From contig CACMHQ010000003.1 in the NCBI GenBank assembly GCA_902613615.1, forward strand, positions 61,758 through 125,757: a stretch of DNA of 64,000 bases. Reading direction: 5' to 3'. The notes under the pieces were generated by a model. The model saw nothing but the letters and a program-made list of their open reading frames with translations. It made no database searches and had not been told where the DNA came from. Position 1 is the first letter of the stretch, and each line of letters opens with the position of its first letter. Below are positions 9,949-19,495 of this stretch, piece after piece. Made by a program: the position numbers and the translations under genes. This stretch comes from an uncultured Candidatus Actinomarina sp. Its GTDB lineage: Bacteria; Actinomycetota; Acidimicrobiia; Actinomarinales; Actinomarinaceae.

Positions 9949-11153
9949 GTTTATTAGATAGATATTCAGATTTTGTTCAAGAAAGAGGTAAAAAAACAAA
10001 AGTTGCTTTAGTTGGTGCTGGACAAATGGGTCAGGGTATTGTCACTCAAATCAACAAAATGCCAGATACAGATCTTGTGTTAATCGTTGACAAAAACGAA
10101 GATAAATTAGATATGGCTCGAAGCAAATACAACCAGAATAATGATATTACAATTTCAACTAATCTTGATTCACTCGATGATAAGGACTTAGATATAGTCA
10201 TAGAGGCAACAGGAACACCTTCCTCAGGAGCTGAAGTTGCATTTAAGGTTTTAAATAGAAACATTAATTTGATTTTATTAAATGTCGAGACAGAAGCTAC
10301 GATCGGTTTAGCTTTAAATAGAGAGGCAGAGAAAAACAATACCATTGTGACTGTTGGAGATGGAGATGAACCAGTTGCAGCAGTTGAGTTATTTAATTTT
10401 GCAAGGGAAATTTCCCTCGATGTAATTGCAATTGGTAAAGGTAAGAATAATCCTTTTGATGTCTTTAAAACTCCAATGGATCTTGAAAAAGAAGCTAAAG
10501 AAAAGAAAATGAACCCCTATATGCTAACAAGCTTTGTTGATGGCAGTAAAACAATGATTGAGATGGCAGCGTTAGCGAATTATCTTGATTTTGATATTGA
10601 TATTGATGGAATGCACGGACCTAACTCTACTTATGATGAACTAAATTCTATTTTTATTCCTAAAACATCTGGAGGGATACTAGAAAATACAAATGTTGTT
10701 GATTTTGCTTTTGGGGTAGCACCAGGTGTTTTTGCAATAGTTTATTCAGAAGATGATTATGTAAATTATGAAATGGAGTATTTAAAAATGGGAAAAGGTC
10801 CATACTGGACTTTATATAGACCTTATCACTTAACAAGCTTAGAGATTCCAAGAACAATCATGAAGTTAATGGTTGAGAAAGAAACACAACTAAGTGCAAA
10901 AAAATTGAACGTTGAAGTAGTTGCACATTCAAAAAAAGATCTAGAAGCCGGCACAAATCTTGGTTCAATCGGTGGAGAAAATATATATGGAAAGGCCATG
11001 AGAGTAGAAAATTCGAAAAATCTTGCTCCACTAGGTATAGCCGAGAACAATATCTTGAACTCTGAAGTTAAAAAAGGTGAACCAATTGAGATTGAGAATA
11101 TTGATATAACTGACAATCAACTTTATAAGTATTGGTTATCACAAAATACTTGA
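9945..11153 (+). CDS. NAD(P)-dependent oxidoreductase, homoserine-dehydrogenase-like with C-terminal SAF domain
   Basis: GAGQMG Rossmann fold, GKGKNNP, SFVDGSKTMIEM, LYRPYHL, SAF-like tail KKDLEAGTNLGSIGG. Confidence 0.85.
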   Translation: MSLLDRYSDFVQERGKKTKVALVGAGQMGQGIVTQINKMPDTDLVLIVDKNEDKLDMARSKYNQNNDITISTNLDSLDDKDLDIVIEATGTPSSGAEVAFKVLNRNINLILLNVETEATIGLALNREAEKNNTIVTVGDGDEPVAAVELFNFAREISLDVIAIGKGKNNPFDVFKTPMDLEKEAKEKKMNPYMLTSFVDGSKTMIEMAALANYLDFDIDIDGMHGPNSTYDELNSIFIPKTSGGILENTNVVDFAFGVAPGVFAIVYSEDDYVNYEMEYLKMGKGPYWTLYRPYHLTSLEIPRTIMKLMVEKETQLSAKKLNVEVVAHSKKDLEAGTNLGSIGGENIYGKAMRVENSKNLAPLGIAENNILNSEVKKGEPIEIENIDITDNQLYKYWLSQNT

Positions 11154-11203
11154 ATAAATATTGAATAAATTATCAAATTGTTATTATAAAATTTGAGTTT
11201 ACT

Positions 11204-11728
11204 ATGAAAAAACCTAATCAAAGAATCGGTGCAGATGTTGTTAAATCTGATTTGGTAGAACTTCACAAATCAACATCGAACAAATCTGCAACTTACGCTT
11301 TACATTTTGATACAAAAGAAACAAATCAGTTCTGTGACTTTACTGAAAATATTCAAAACTTAATTTCAGCTTCAAATGTTGCACACGGTTCAGTAACAAT
11401 ATCAACCCCACATACAACTACAGCAATAATTATCAATGAATCCGAAACAGGGTATATCAATGACTTTAAAAGAAAACTAGAAGAACTCATACCTTCAGAT
11501 TCATACTATGAGCATGATGATTGGGATTTAAGAACAGAAAATATGCAAGAAGATGAAAATGTTAATGGAAGATCTCATGTAAGAGGTTCTATCGTTGGTT
11601 CAACTTCAGTCACTTTACCTGTCGTAGATTCTGAAATTATTTTAGGAAGATGGCAACGTCTCTTTTTTGTTGAGTTAGATTGTGCCCGTCCAAGAAGACT
11701 TTTTATTCAGATTCAAGATTTAGATTAA
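11204..11728 (+). CDS. YjbQ/UPF0047 family protein
   Basis: PHTTTAIIINE, NGRSHVRGS, LGRWQRLFFVELD...R motifs. Confidence 0.88.
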   Translation: MKKPNQRIGADVVKSDLVELHKSTSNKSATYALHFDTKETNQFCDFTENIQNLISASNVAHGSVTISTPHTTTAIIINESETGYINDFKRKLEELIPSDSYYEHDDWDLRTENMQEDENVNGRSHVRGSIVGSTSVTLPVVDSEIILGRWQRLFFVELDCARPRRLFIQIQDLD

Positions 11729-12318
11729 CCTTTTACATTCAAAAAATAATCCGGCTCTTCTCCCACTCGCCATTTAATGTTGCACCCCATACTTGGAAAT
11801 TGCTCAGAGATTGGATCTTCATTATTTAACAAGGCTTGAATAGCACTTCTTAGGCTTTCTCCATTAGTTGGGACATCGTTGCCAGGCCTAGAGCCATCAA
11901 GTTGACCTCTATAAACAAGATTTTGATCACTGTCAAAAAGAAAAAAATCAGGTGTACATTGCGCCGTAAAATTTTTTGCAACAAATTGATCTTCATCAAC
12001 GACATAGGGAAAATTGTATCCTAAGCTATCTGCATACTCTCTCATTTTATCAATGCTATCTTCTGCATATTTTTCTTGAGTACTGTCATTTGAATTAATT
12101 CCTATTACACCGATATCATTTCCCATTATTTCATTGCTTAAATTTACTATCTCTTCATTGACATGCTTAACAAAAGGACAATGATTACATATAAACATCA
12201 CAAGAGAACCTTTTTTTCCATCGAACATTTCATTTGAATACATTTCATCGTCAATGCCTAGTAAATTAAAGCTTGGCATTTTCGTTCCTAACGGCAACAT
12301 TGTTGATTCAACATCCAT
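11725..12318 (-). CDS. thioredoxin-fold/AhpC-TSA family protein
   Basis: FICNHCPFVKH, CTPDFFLFD, YRGQLD, GCNIKW; AGGAGG RBS. Confidence 0.9.
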   Translation of the reverse strand: MDVESTMLPLGTKMPSFNLLGIDDEMYSNEMFDGKKGSLVMFICNHCPFVKHVNEEIVNLSNEIMGNDIGVIGINSNDSTQEKYAEDSIDKMREYADSLGYNFPYVVDEDQFVAKNFTAQCTPDFFLFDSDQNLVYRGQLDGSRPGNDVPTNGESLRSAIQALLNNEDPISEQFPSMGCNIKWRVGEEPDYFLNVKG

Positions 12319-12420
12319 TTAAACCTCCTATTTTATTGAATTATAAGCGAAAATTAGGTTTAAATGACTGCCAACTTAATCCAAAGTTACAACTTATAAA
12401 TAAAAAATTTTTGAAGACGC

Positions 12421-12511
12421 ATGAAAGGCAAAGTTTTATTTTTTATAATTAGAGTATGTGATATTACCAATGTCACATATTTGTTACAAAGAGTGACAGA
12501 TTGATCAATCT
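12421..12511 (+). promoter_or_regulatory. promoter and operator-rich leader of the mannitol PTS operon
   Basis: TATAAT 12444-12449 with ATGAAA 17 nt upstream; inverted repeat TATGTGATATT-ACC-AATGTCACATA 12455-12479; GTCAC-N6-GTTAC-N5-GTGAC 12472-12497; perfect palindrome AGATTGATCAATCT 12498-12511. Confidence 0.6.
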
Positions 12512-12530
12512 AAAGGGGGATTGAAAAAAT

Positions 12531-13598
12531 ATGAAAGAATTCATACAACGCGTTGGTGGTGCTGCGTCAGGAATGGTTATTCCTAACATTGGTGCCTTCA
12601 TCGCTTGGGGATTAATCACATCCCTGTACATTGGACCTGGCTGGGCACCAAATGAAGATTTGAGCTCAATGGTGGGACCAATGATTGTAAACCTTCTCCC
12701 ATTATTAATCGGTTATACCGGTGGAAAAATGATATATGGCCACAGAGGTGGAGTTATCGGCGCAGTTGTCACAATGGCAGCTATTGTCGGAACAGACAGT
12801 CCACAATTCTTGGGGGCTATGTTAGTTGGACCTGGAGCAGCAAAAGTTCTTAAAGAACTTGATGCAAGACTCCGTGATAATGTACCGGAAGGTTTTGAGA
12901 TGTTATATGACAACTTCTCATCAGGTATCCTTGGTTGGGGACTTGCAGTATTTGTTTATTCATTTCTTGCAAACATTCTCCAAGCAGTTGCAGACGGCTT
13001 AGGAAACTTTGCTGCTAGTATCGTTGATGCTGGTCTAGTTCCTTTAGCTGACATACCTATTGAAGTTGCAAAAGTGTTGTTCTTAAACAATGCTGTGAAC
13101 CACGGTGTGTTGACACCTCTTGGAGCTGCACAAGCTGCAGAAGAAGGAAAGTCAATATATTACATGCTTGAATCAAATCCTGGACCAGGTCTAGGATTGC
13201 TTATTGCATACTACATTGCAGGAACAGGAATGTGGAAACAATCAGCACCGGGTTCTATAATTATTCATTTCTTCGGTGGAATTCATGAAATTTACTTCCC
13301 ATATGTATTAGGTCATCCAATTATGATCGTTGCAATGTGGGCTGGTGGAATTTCTGCCGATCTATGGTGGGTAGCCACAGACGCTGGTCTTGTTGGACCT
13401 CCATCACCAGGTAGTATTTTTGCATATTTAGCAATGTTACCTAGAAGTGGTGGTGCAAATGTTCTGATTGGTGTTGCTATTGGAGCTGTTGCAGCTGCAG
13501 TAGTTGGAACGATCTTATTGAGAGTTCGACCAATTCAAGAAACAGACGCTGGAGTCGACGAAGCTATCGATACTTCAATTCCAGGAGTTGATGTATAA
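12531..13598 (+). CDS. mtlA: PTS mannitol-type EIIC permease (stand-alone)
   Basis: MVIPNIGAFIAWG, GFEMLYDNFS, KVLFLNNAVNHG, ESNPGPGLG, HFFGGIHEIYFPYVL. Confidence 0.93.
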   Translation: MKEFIQRVGGAASGMVIPNIGAFIAWGLITSLYIGPGWAPNEDLSSMVGPMIVNLLPLLIGYTGGKMIYGHRGGVIGAVVTMAAIVGTDSPQFLGAMLVGPGAAKVLKELDARLRDNVPEGFEMLYDNFSSGILGWGLAVFVYSFLANILQAVADGLGNFAASIVDAGLVPLADIPIEVAKVLFLNNAVNHGVLTPLGAAQAAEEGKSIYYMLESNPGPGLGLLIAYYIAGTGMWKQSAPGSIIIHFFGGIHEIYFPYVLGHPIMIVAMWAGGISADLWWVATDAGLVGPPSPGSIFAYLAMLPRSGGANVLIGVAIGAVAAAVVGTILLRVRPIQETDAGVDEAIDTSIPGVDV

Positions 13599-13620
13599 GA
13601 ACTAAAAAAAATTAGTTATA

Positions 13621-13657
13621 ATTGGCTTGGGAGGAAACTCTCAAGCCAATTTTTTTT
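13621..13657 (+). terminator. intra-operonic intrinsic terminator-like hairpin
   Basis: 13-bp stem ATTGGCTTGGGAG/CTCTCAAGCCAAT (one G-U) with GAAA loop, followed by T7. Confidence 0.8.
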
Positions 13658-13669
13658 GAAAGGAATATT

Positions 13670-13990
13670 ATGAGTTCAATCGAAGCCGCGGATGTAAAGA
13701 AAATATGTTTAGCCTGTGAAGCAGGAGCCGGATCAAGTTTAATGGTAAAGAACAGTCTTATTAAGAAAGCAAAGAAAGCTGGTTTGGAAGTTGAAATCGT
13801 TCACTCTCCAGCAACACAAATACCAAGCGATGCAGATATTGTTGTGACACATCAAGGATTGGCTGGAGTTGCTAAACAGTCTGCACCTGATAATGCAGTA
13901 TTAATTCAATACATAATGTTTATGAATGATCCATCTTTGAATAAATTAATTAAAGATTTGGCAGAAGGAAATACTATAACTTCTACATGA
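13670..13990 (+). CDS. PTS mannitol-type EIIB
   Basis: ACEAGAGSSLM phospho-Cys loop; start corrected to ATG 13670 after GAAAGGA RBS. Confidence 0.9.
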   Translation: MSSIEAADVKKICLACEAGAGSSLMVKNSLIKKAKKAGLEVEIVHSPATQIPSDADIVVTHQGLAGVAKQSAPDNAVLIQYIMFMNDPSLNKLIKDLAEGNTITST

Positions 13991-14430
13991 CATCTAAACC
14001 AGTATTAATTAAAGAATCCATATTGGTAGATCAAAATTTTAATGATCTAAATGAAAGTATTGATGTAGCTGGAAAATTGTTGTTGGATAATGGGTACATT
14101 GAACAAGAATACATCGAATCAATGAAAGAAAAAGTCTTAGAACATCCATATACAACTTATCTTCCAGGAGCAGGAGTTGCAATACCTCATGGAATGTCAG
14201 ATGGGTTTAAACATATCAAAAACACCGGAATTAGCGTATTACAAATACCTAACGGAGTAGATTGGCTTGATGAAAAAGTTTACATAGTCATAGCAATTGC
14301 AGCAAATAGTGATGAACATATGAATGTACTAGCATCACTAAGTGATGCTCTTGAATCAGAAGAAGATGCGCAAAAACTTTGGAGAACAGATTCAGTAGAT
14401 GAGTTATTCTCGATACTTAGCAGTGAATAA
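13987..14430 (+). CDS. mtlF: PTS mannitol-type EIIA
   Basis: TTYL...GVAIPHG phospho-His, PNGVDW, IAIAANSDEH. Confidence 0.9.
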   Translation: MTSKPVLIKESILVDQNFNDLNESIDVAGKLLLDNGYIEQEYIESMKEKVLEHPYTTYLPGAGVAIPHGMSDGFKHIKNTGISVLQIPNGVDWLDEKVYIVIAIAANSDEHMNVLASLSDALESEEDAQKLWRTDSVDELFSILSSE

Positions 14431-15509
14431 TGCCTAAAACCGCATTACATTTCGGTGCTGGCAACATAGGAAGAGGCTTTATAACACCCATACTTCAGGA
14501 AAATGGATACGAAGTAGCTCTAGTTGATGTAGATTCTGATCTAATAAATAAATTAAACACAGAGGAAAAATATAGTGTAAATTTTATTGGATCTAGTAAA
14601 GAAAGCACCAGGGTCTCAAATATAAAAGCACTGAATCTATCAGACTCCAGTGAAATTCAATCATTAATTAGCAACTGTGATTTTGTATCTACATCGGTTG
14701 GACCACAGTATGTAAATAGTGTTTTAGACTTGATATCTAATTTAGATCTCCTTAAAAGTATAAATTTTGTTGCATTTGAAAATAAATATAGAGCTTCTAC
14801 CACTGCAAAAAATGAGTTAGATATTAATAACAAAAATATTACTTTCATTGATGTAGTAATCGATAAAATTGTTCCTTTACAATCAAAAGATAGTTTAGAT
14901 GTTTACGTTGAAGAATACGGTTCAATTGTATTTGATAAAGAGGGTCCACTACCTTTGAAACCATCAGATGTTATAAAGCAAGGTGAATATGATTATGAAT
15001 TTAAAAAAAAGCTATGGATGTTAAATGGCCTTCATTTGTGTCTTGCTTACTATGGACTATCAGAAAAATATCAATATATGCACGAGTTGTATCAAAATGA
15101 TGCTTCAAAAGCATTTATAGATCAAATATCTTTGGAAATTTTAGAAAGCCTATTTTTGCTTGGTAAAGAAGAAATAGAAGAATTAACTAAATTTAAAAAT
15201 ACAATCAACGACCGATTCTCAAATCCAGAGATTAAAGATCAACTATTTAGAGTTGCAAGAAATCCAGCAATTAAATTCTCTTACAATGAGAGATTCCAAG
15301 AACCATTAGATATTTTGATAAATAATGATAAAAGTGTTGCTGGATTCAAGAAAGTTTTAAATATTATTTTTAATCTTTCATTTCCGGATATTGAAGGTTT
15401 CGACGACTTTAAAAAAGAAGTATTAGACTTAGGAAGATCAAATTTTTACAAAAATTTTTGGAATCAAGATAAAAATTATGAAAAATATTTGAATATGCTT
15501 GGAGATTAA
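14430..15509 (+). CDS. mtlD: mannitol-1-phosphate 5-dehydrogenase
   Basis: ALHFGAGNIGRGFI, DKIVP, KLWMLNGLH, RFSNP...RVARNP motifs. Confidence 0.9.
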   Translation: MPKTALHFGAGNIGRGFITPILQENGYEVALVDVDSDLINKLNTEEKYSVNFIGSSKESTRVSNIKALNLSDSSEIQSLISNCDFVSTSVGPQYVNSVLDLISNLDLLKSINFVAFENKYRASTTAKNELDINNKNITFIDVVIDKIVPLQSKDSLDVYVEEYGSIVFDKEGPLPLKPSDVIKQGEYDYEFKKKLWMLNGLHLCLAYYGLSEKYQYMHELYQNDASKAFIDQISLEILESLFLLGKEEIEELTKFKNTINDRFSNPEIKDQLFRVARNPAIKFSYNERFQEPLDILINNDKSVAGFKKVLNIIFNLSFPDIEGFDDFKKEVLDLGRSNFYKNFWNQDKNYEKYLNMLGD

Positions 15510-15846
15510 AATTTCTGTTTCACAAAAACTAAAAATATTAATTTATCCTGGTCTTCACGCAAGACCTGGTAGTGAATTTGTTAAATATTGTCAACAATTC
15601 GATAGTGATGTTGAAATAAAAGTTGGCGATAAAACAGCAAATGGTAAAAGTTTACTAAGTTTATTCAAGATAGAACCTAAACAATTCTCAATCATTGATC
15701 TACATATAACTGGTAGTGACGAGGAAGAACTTATGGAAAATTTAATAAATTGGAAAACAGAAGCCTACAGTAGTAAAGATGACTTTGATAACGAAAATAT
15801 TGAAGAAGAAGAATTAAAAGTATTTGAAACAGTTGACGATGAGTAA
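15499..15846 (+). CDS. ptsH: HPr phosphocarrier with acidic C-terminal extension
   Basis: GLHARPGS (His15), ANGKSLLSL (Ser46), GSDEEE; about 25 extra acidic residues. Confidence 0.88.
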   Translation: MEIKISVSQKLKILIYPGLHARPGSEFVKYCQQFDSDVEIKVGDKTANGKSLLSLFKIEPKQFSIIDLHITGSDEEELMENLINWKTEAYSSKDDFDNENIEEEELKVFETVDDE

Positions 15847-16114
15847 CTTAAAAGATCAATTACTCAATTCTGGAAAAGTCAAAACTTCAGAAGAATGGGA
15901 TGCAACATATGACGAGTTACCTGTAGTTATTGCAGAAGACGCTGCTTCATTAGGCCAAGCACTTGAGAAATTAGATGCTGTTGGAGGCTACGGATACATA
16001 GCTATCTGGAAAAAAAATCTTTTCTTGTTTAATACAAAACTTTTATCAAAACGATGTGGTGTTATTGATGAAAATGGAAACTTGCTAAAAGCAGCAAGGA
16101 TTCCAAAAAATTAA
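15839..16114 (+). CDS. hypothetical protein
   Basis: ATG overlapping the HPr stop; normal coding composition. Confidence 0.65.
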   Translation: MSNLKDQLLNSGKVKTSEEWDATYDELPVVIAEDAASLGQALEKLDAVGGYGYIAIWKKNLFLFNTKLLSKRCGVIDENGNLLKAARIPKN

Positions 16115-16389
16115 GCTTGCTCTCCTCTTTTTTTAATAAATCCAAGTCGATGAATAACATTCAAGCTTCCTATTGTTAGTAATAATTTTGTTACTTCTCT
16201 CATCCACCATAAATTTTCAGGAACATCCATAAAAATTCCAATTTGACCACCTAAATATCCACCCAACATTCCTGCAAAAATTAATTTTAATCCATCTCTA
16301 CTTGTGACACCTTTTACAAATACTGATGCAATCAATCCATAAATAAGCCAAACTGCCAACAAAGAAATAACTGCCCAAATTGCACCCAT
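16111..16389 (-). CDS. small membrane protein (GlsB/YeaQ/YmgE-like)
   Basis: Three hydrophobic segments; GLIAS and GMLGGYLGG pattern. Confidence 0.55.
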   Translation of the reverse strand: MGAIWAVISLLAVWLIYGLIASVFVKGVTSRDGLKLIFAGMLGGYLGGQIGIFMDVPENLWWMREVTKLLLTIGSLNVIHRLGFIKKRGEQA

Positions 16390-16416
16390 AATTATATTTT
16401 AATCAAAATAATTAAA

Positions 16417-17664
16417 TTATTTTTTAGCAATTTTTTTAACAACAACTGTATCTATTCTTCTATTGTCAATCTCCATAACAGTGAGTTCTAATCCATCAAG
16501 TGTAATTTTTTCACCAATAGAAGGAAGTTGTTCTGAGTGGCTTAAGAACAGTCCACCAACAGTTGCAATATCTTTATCATAAGGCTCTAAACCAAAAAAT
16601 TCTTCAAAGTCATCTATATCTGTCTTACCCTCAATAGTCCACTGGCCTGGTCCAAGTCTTCTAATACCCAAGAATCTTTGATCATGTTCGTCAGGAAGTT
16701 CACCTACAAATTCAGACAATACATCTTTAATGGTGATCACACCCTCAATACCACCGTTCTCATCAATAACACATGCAAAACTTGACTTATTTTCTCGTAA
16801 AATATTTAATGCAGATAAAACGGTGGTGTACTCCGGCAGGTAGATTACATCTTTCACTAAATTTTCTATTTCAACTGAATCTGAGTTTGCTCTCATGTTG
16901 AATAAGTCTTTAACGTATACAATTCCAAAAGTATCATCAAGGGATTCCGACTTTGAAACAGGCATTCTTGAAATTCTCTTATCTTCAACTAATGATTTAA
17001 CATCGGCAATATTTATTGGTAATGAAAGGAATAAAACATCTACCCTAGGTGTCATAATTTCTTTTATTGGCCTATCTGAAAAATCTAGAAGAGCATTTAT
17101 TATTTCTCTCTCAGCTGGCAAAATTTGTCCTTCTATTTCTCCTAGTGCTGTTAATGCTTGGATATCTGCTTCAGTAACCTCAGCATCATCTTCTTCTGAT
17201 GTTTTTGCAAATCTCATAATTAATTTAGTTATCCCTTCTGTAAAGGGTGCGAAAATTTTAGATAGTATTTCAACCAAAAATGTTGTTCTTGATAAAAATG
17301 CTATTGGTAATTTAGTAGCTAATGTTTTTGGAGTAATGTCACCAAATATCAATACAATTATTGTGGTAAATATTGTGGCTATTGCACTTCCAGCGCTTTC
17401 TCCAAATCTTCTTACAAAAATTAATGTTGCAACGGAAGCCATTAATATGTTTACAAAATTGTTACCAACCAGAATTCCGCCAATTGTTTTTTCTAAATTT
17501 TCTTTAGCTTTTTTAATCCTATTATTTTTTTTGGTGTCATCTAACTGGTGAACTTTCTGTTTAGGTATAGAGGTAATTGCTGTTTCAGATCCAGATAGCA
17601 TACCAGATAAAACAAGACAGATAAAAAATACTACATATAAAACGAAGTCGAAATTAATACTCAA
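16417..17664 (-). CDS. hemolysin/CNNM-CBS-CorC family metal transport protein
   Basis: SGSETAI, ILVGNNFVNI, FGDITPK, IMTPR, tandem CBS domains, CorC C-terminus. Confidence 0.93.
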   Translation of the reverse strand: MSINFDFVLYVVFFICLVLSGMLSGSETAITSIPKQKVHQLDDTKKNNRIKKAKENLEKTIGGILVGNNFVNILMASVATLIFVRRFGESAGSAIATIFTTIIVLIFGDITPKTLATKLPIAFLSRTTFLVEILSKIFAPFTEGITKLIMRFAKTSEEDDAEVTEADIQALTALGEIEGQILPAEREIINALLDFSDRPIKEIMTPRVDVLFLSLPINIADVKSLVEDKRISRMPVSKSESLDDTFGIVYVKDLFNMRANSDSVEIENLVKDVIYLPEYTTVLSALNILRENKSSFACVIDENGGIEGVITIKDVLSEFVGELPDEHDQRFLGIRRLGPGQWTIEGKTDIDDFEEFFGLEPYDKDIATVGGLFLSHSEQLPSIGEKITLDGLELTVMEIDNRRIDTVVVKKIAKK

Positions 17665-17689
17665 TTTGTATATATGATTCTAGAGGATT

Positions 17690-18019
17690 TTAATTTAAAT
17701 TAAAGAATTTATTTAATTTAGTTTTTGAAACGGGTTTTACCGCAAAAAAATCAGCACCTACTCTTTTTGCTTGAAACTCATCCGCCTCCCGGTCTGCAAT
17801 TAAGGCTATTGGAGTATTCTTGGTAATTTTGTCTCTTTTCAACTCTCTTATTATTGACGGTCCACCATTATTTTTAACTTGCATATCAACAAATATAAAA
17901 TCAATACGTTGATTCAAACTTTCTAAATCAACATTTTCAAGCAGTTCATAATCAAAATCTATGTATTTTTCAATAGATTCTATAACCCATTTATTATCGC
18001 TATAAATTAAAATTTTCAC
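17690..18019 (-). CDS. single-domain response regulator (receiver)
   Basis: IFVDMQV...GG phospho-Asp, TPI, GADFFAVKP. Confidence 0.75.
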   Translation of the reverse strand: MKILIYSDNKWVIESIEKYIDFDYELLENVDLESLNQRIDFIFVDMQVKNNGGPSIIRELKRDKITKNTPIALIADREADEFQAKRVGADFFAVKPVSKTKLNKFFNLN

Positions 18020-18057
18020 AGTTTTAAAAGCATACTATTCTGTAATTTTAAATAATA

Positions 18058-19176
18058 ATGACATATTTAATTTCTACCTTAATTTTTGCAGTGATCGGAA
18101 CTGCGCAGTTAAACATATTTGAAATCGAAGGTATTTTTTCTAATGCCCATATAAATGCTCTTGAAGACCACATTGAAGAATATGAATATACAGATAATGA
18201 TTTATTGATTCTTCAATATAGCTCTCAAGAAGGAAGTGCAGAGAGTATTGCAGAATTAAATAGCTTATTATCAGGATATGATTTCCCGATAGGAGTTTGG
18301 TTTGGTCCATATAAGATATCAATAGATTTTAAACAACTTAACAATTTTGATTACATAGGCTTTTCTCCAGGACTGGAAATTAACAATGTTAGTTTTGATG
18401 AATCAGTAGAAAAAAAATATTGTACGATTAATATTTGTAATTTTGAAGAAAGAAAAATTATCCTTTCTACAAACGAAGGTATTTATGATAACTATTTAAT
18501 TGTTGGAACACTTGGGTCATTTATCGAGAATATAGATTTCATAATATCCGATCAATCAATCGAATTTTTTAAACCCTCATTGTTTGAGCGCTTCTATATT
18601 GCAATTTCTAACCCAATATTCACATATATGTTTTTTGTTCTAGGTTTTGCATTAATTGGTCTTGAACTATTTGCTATAGGTCCAGGTTTGATGGCTATTG
18701 TAGGGTCACTACTTGTAATATCTTCTACTTTGCCATTTCAAGAGTTTGGAATAAATTATTATGGAATTCTTATATTCGGTATTTCATTCTTAATGTATAT
18801 AAAAATCTTATCAAGAGGATACTTTTCAATTCTTGGAGTTGTTGCATTCCTAGTACTTTTTAGCTCTTCATTTGTGATGTTTAGTAACTACCAAATTAGC
18901 GTAAATTTCCTCCTCTTATTTTTAGTCTCAGTTGCTCTGGCATTATTTTATTTTGTAGCAATACCTACGGTTATAAGATCAAGGCTTACAACTGATACCA
19001 GTGGTGGAACTTCTTTGGTTGATAAAGAATGTGAATTAATAGAAATTCTAGAATCAGACACAGGCCTTGTTTTGTATAAAGATACAAAACTTAGGGTTAA
19101 TTTAGAATTAGATAAATCATACAAGGAAAAACAAAATTATATCTTTTTAGAAAAAGATGGAAATCTTTACATCTAA
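18058..19176 (+). CDS. NfeD-like membrane protein (degenerate ClpP-class N-terminus)
   Basis: ISNPIFTY...LELFAIGPG TM block typical of NfeD; C-terminal OB-like segment. Confidence 0.65.
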   Translation: MTYLISTLIFAVIGTAQLNIFEIEGIFSNAHINALEDHIEEYEYTDNDLLILQYSSQEGSAESIAELNSLLSGYDFPIGVWFGPYKISIDFKQLNNFDYIGFSPGLEINNVSFDESVEKKYCTINICNFEERKIILSTNEGIYDNYLIVGTLGSFIENIDFIISDQSIEFFKPSLFERFYIAISNPIFTYMFFVLGFALIGLELFAIGPGLMAIVGSLLVISSTLPFQEFGINYYGILIFGISFLMYIKILSRGYFSILGVVAFLVLFSSSFVMFSNYQISVNFLLLFLVSVALALFYFVAIPTVIRSRLTTDTSGGTSLVDKECELIEILESDTGLVLYKDTKLRVNLELDKSYKEKQNYIFLEKDGNLYI

Positions 19177-19240
19177 ATATCTATAAAACTTCGCGAAAAA
19201 AACCTTTTGCCATTTGTTTTTTTTGAAATAACGTTCCTAT

Positions 19241-19495
19241 ATGTTAGAAATAAAAATTTCAACTTGGCAATATAATGCTCTCTGTAGGCAACATAGTTCA
19301 AATTTATTCTTTCCTCCCGCCACTTTTGAAAAAAAAGAAGATAGAGTAAAAAGAGAGGCAAAAGCAAAAGCTGTTTGTAATGGCTGCCCTGTCAAAGTCA
19401 ATTGCTTAGAAGAGGCTAAAGAAATTGAAGAACCTTTTGGTATTTGGGGAGGACTAAACGAAGTCGAAAGAAAACGAAACTTAATATTTTCCTAA
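19241..19495 (+). CDS. WhiB-family Fe-S transcriptional regulator
   Basis: WQYNALC...LFFP...AKAVCNGCPVKVNCL...GIWGG. Confidence 0.95.
   Translation: MLEIKISTWQYNALCRQHSSNLFFPPATFEKKEDRVKREAKAKAVCNGCPVKVNCLEEAKEIEEPFGIWGGLNEVERKRNLIFS

Noticed and set aside
16895-17551. 218-aa ORF on the + strand and other short ORFs overlapping real genes
   Set aside because: Antisense or frame shadows of well-supported genes, with no motifs.
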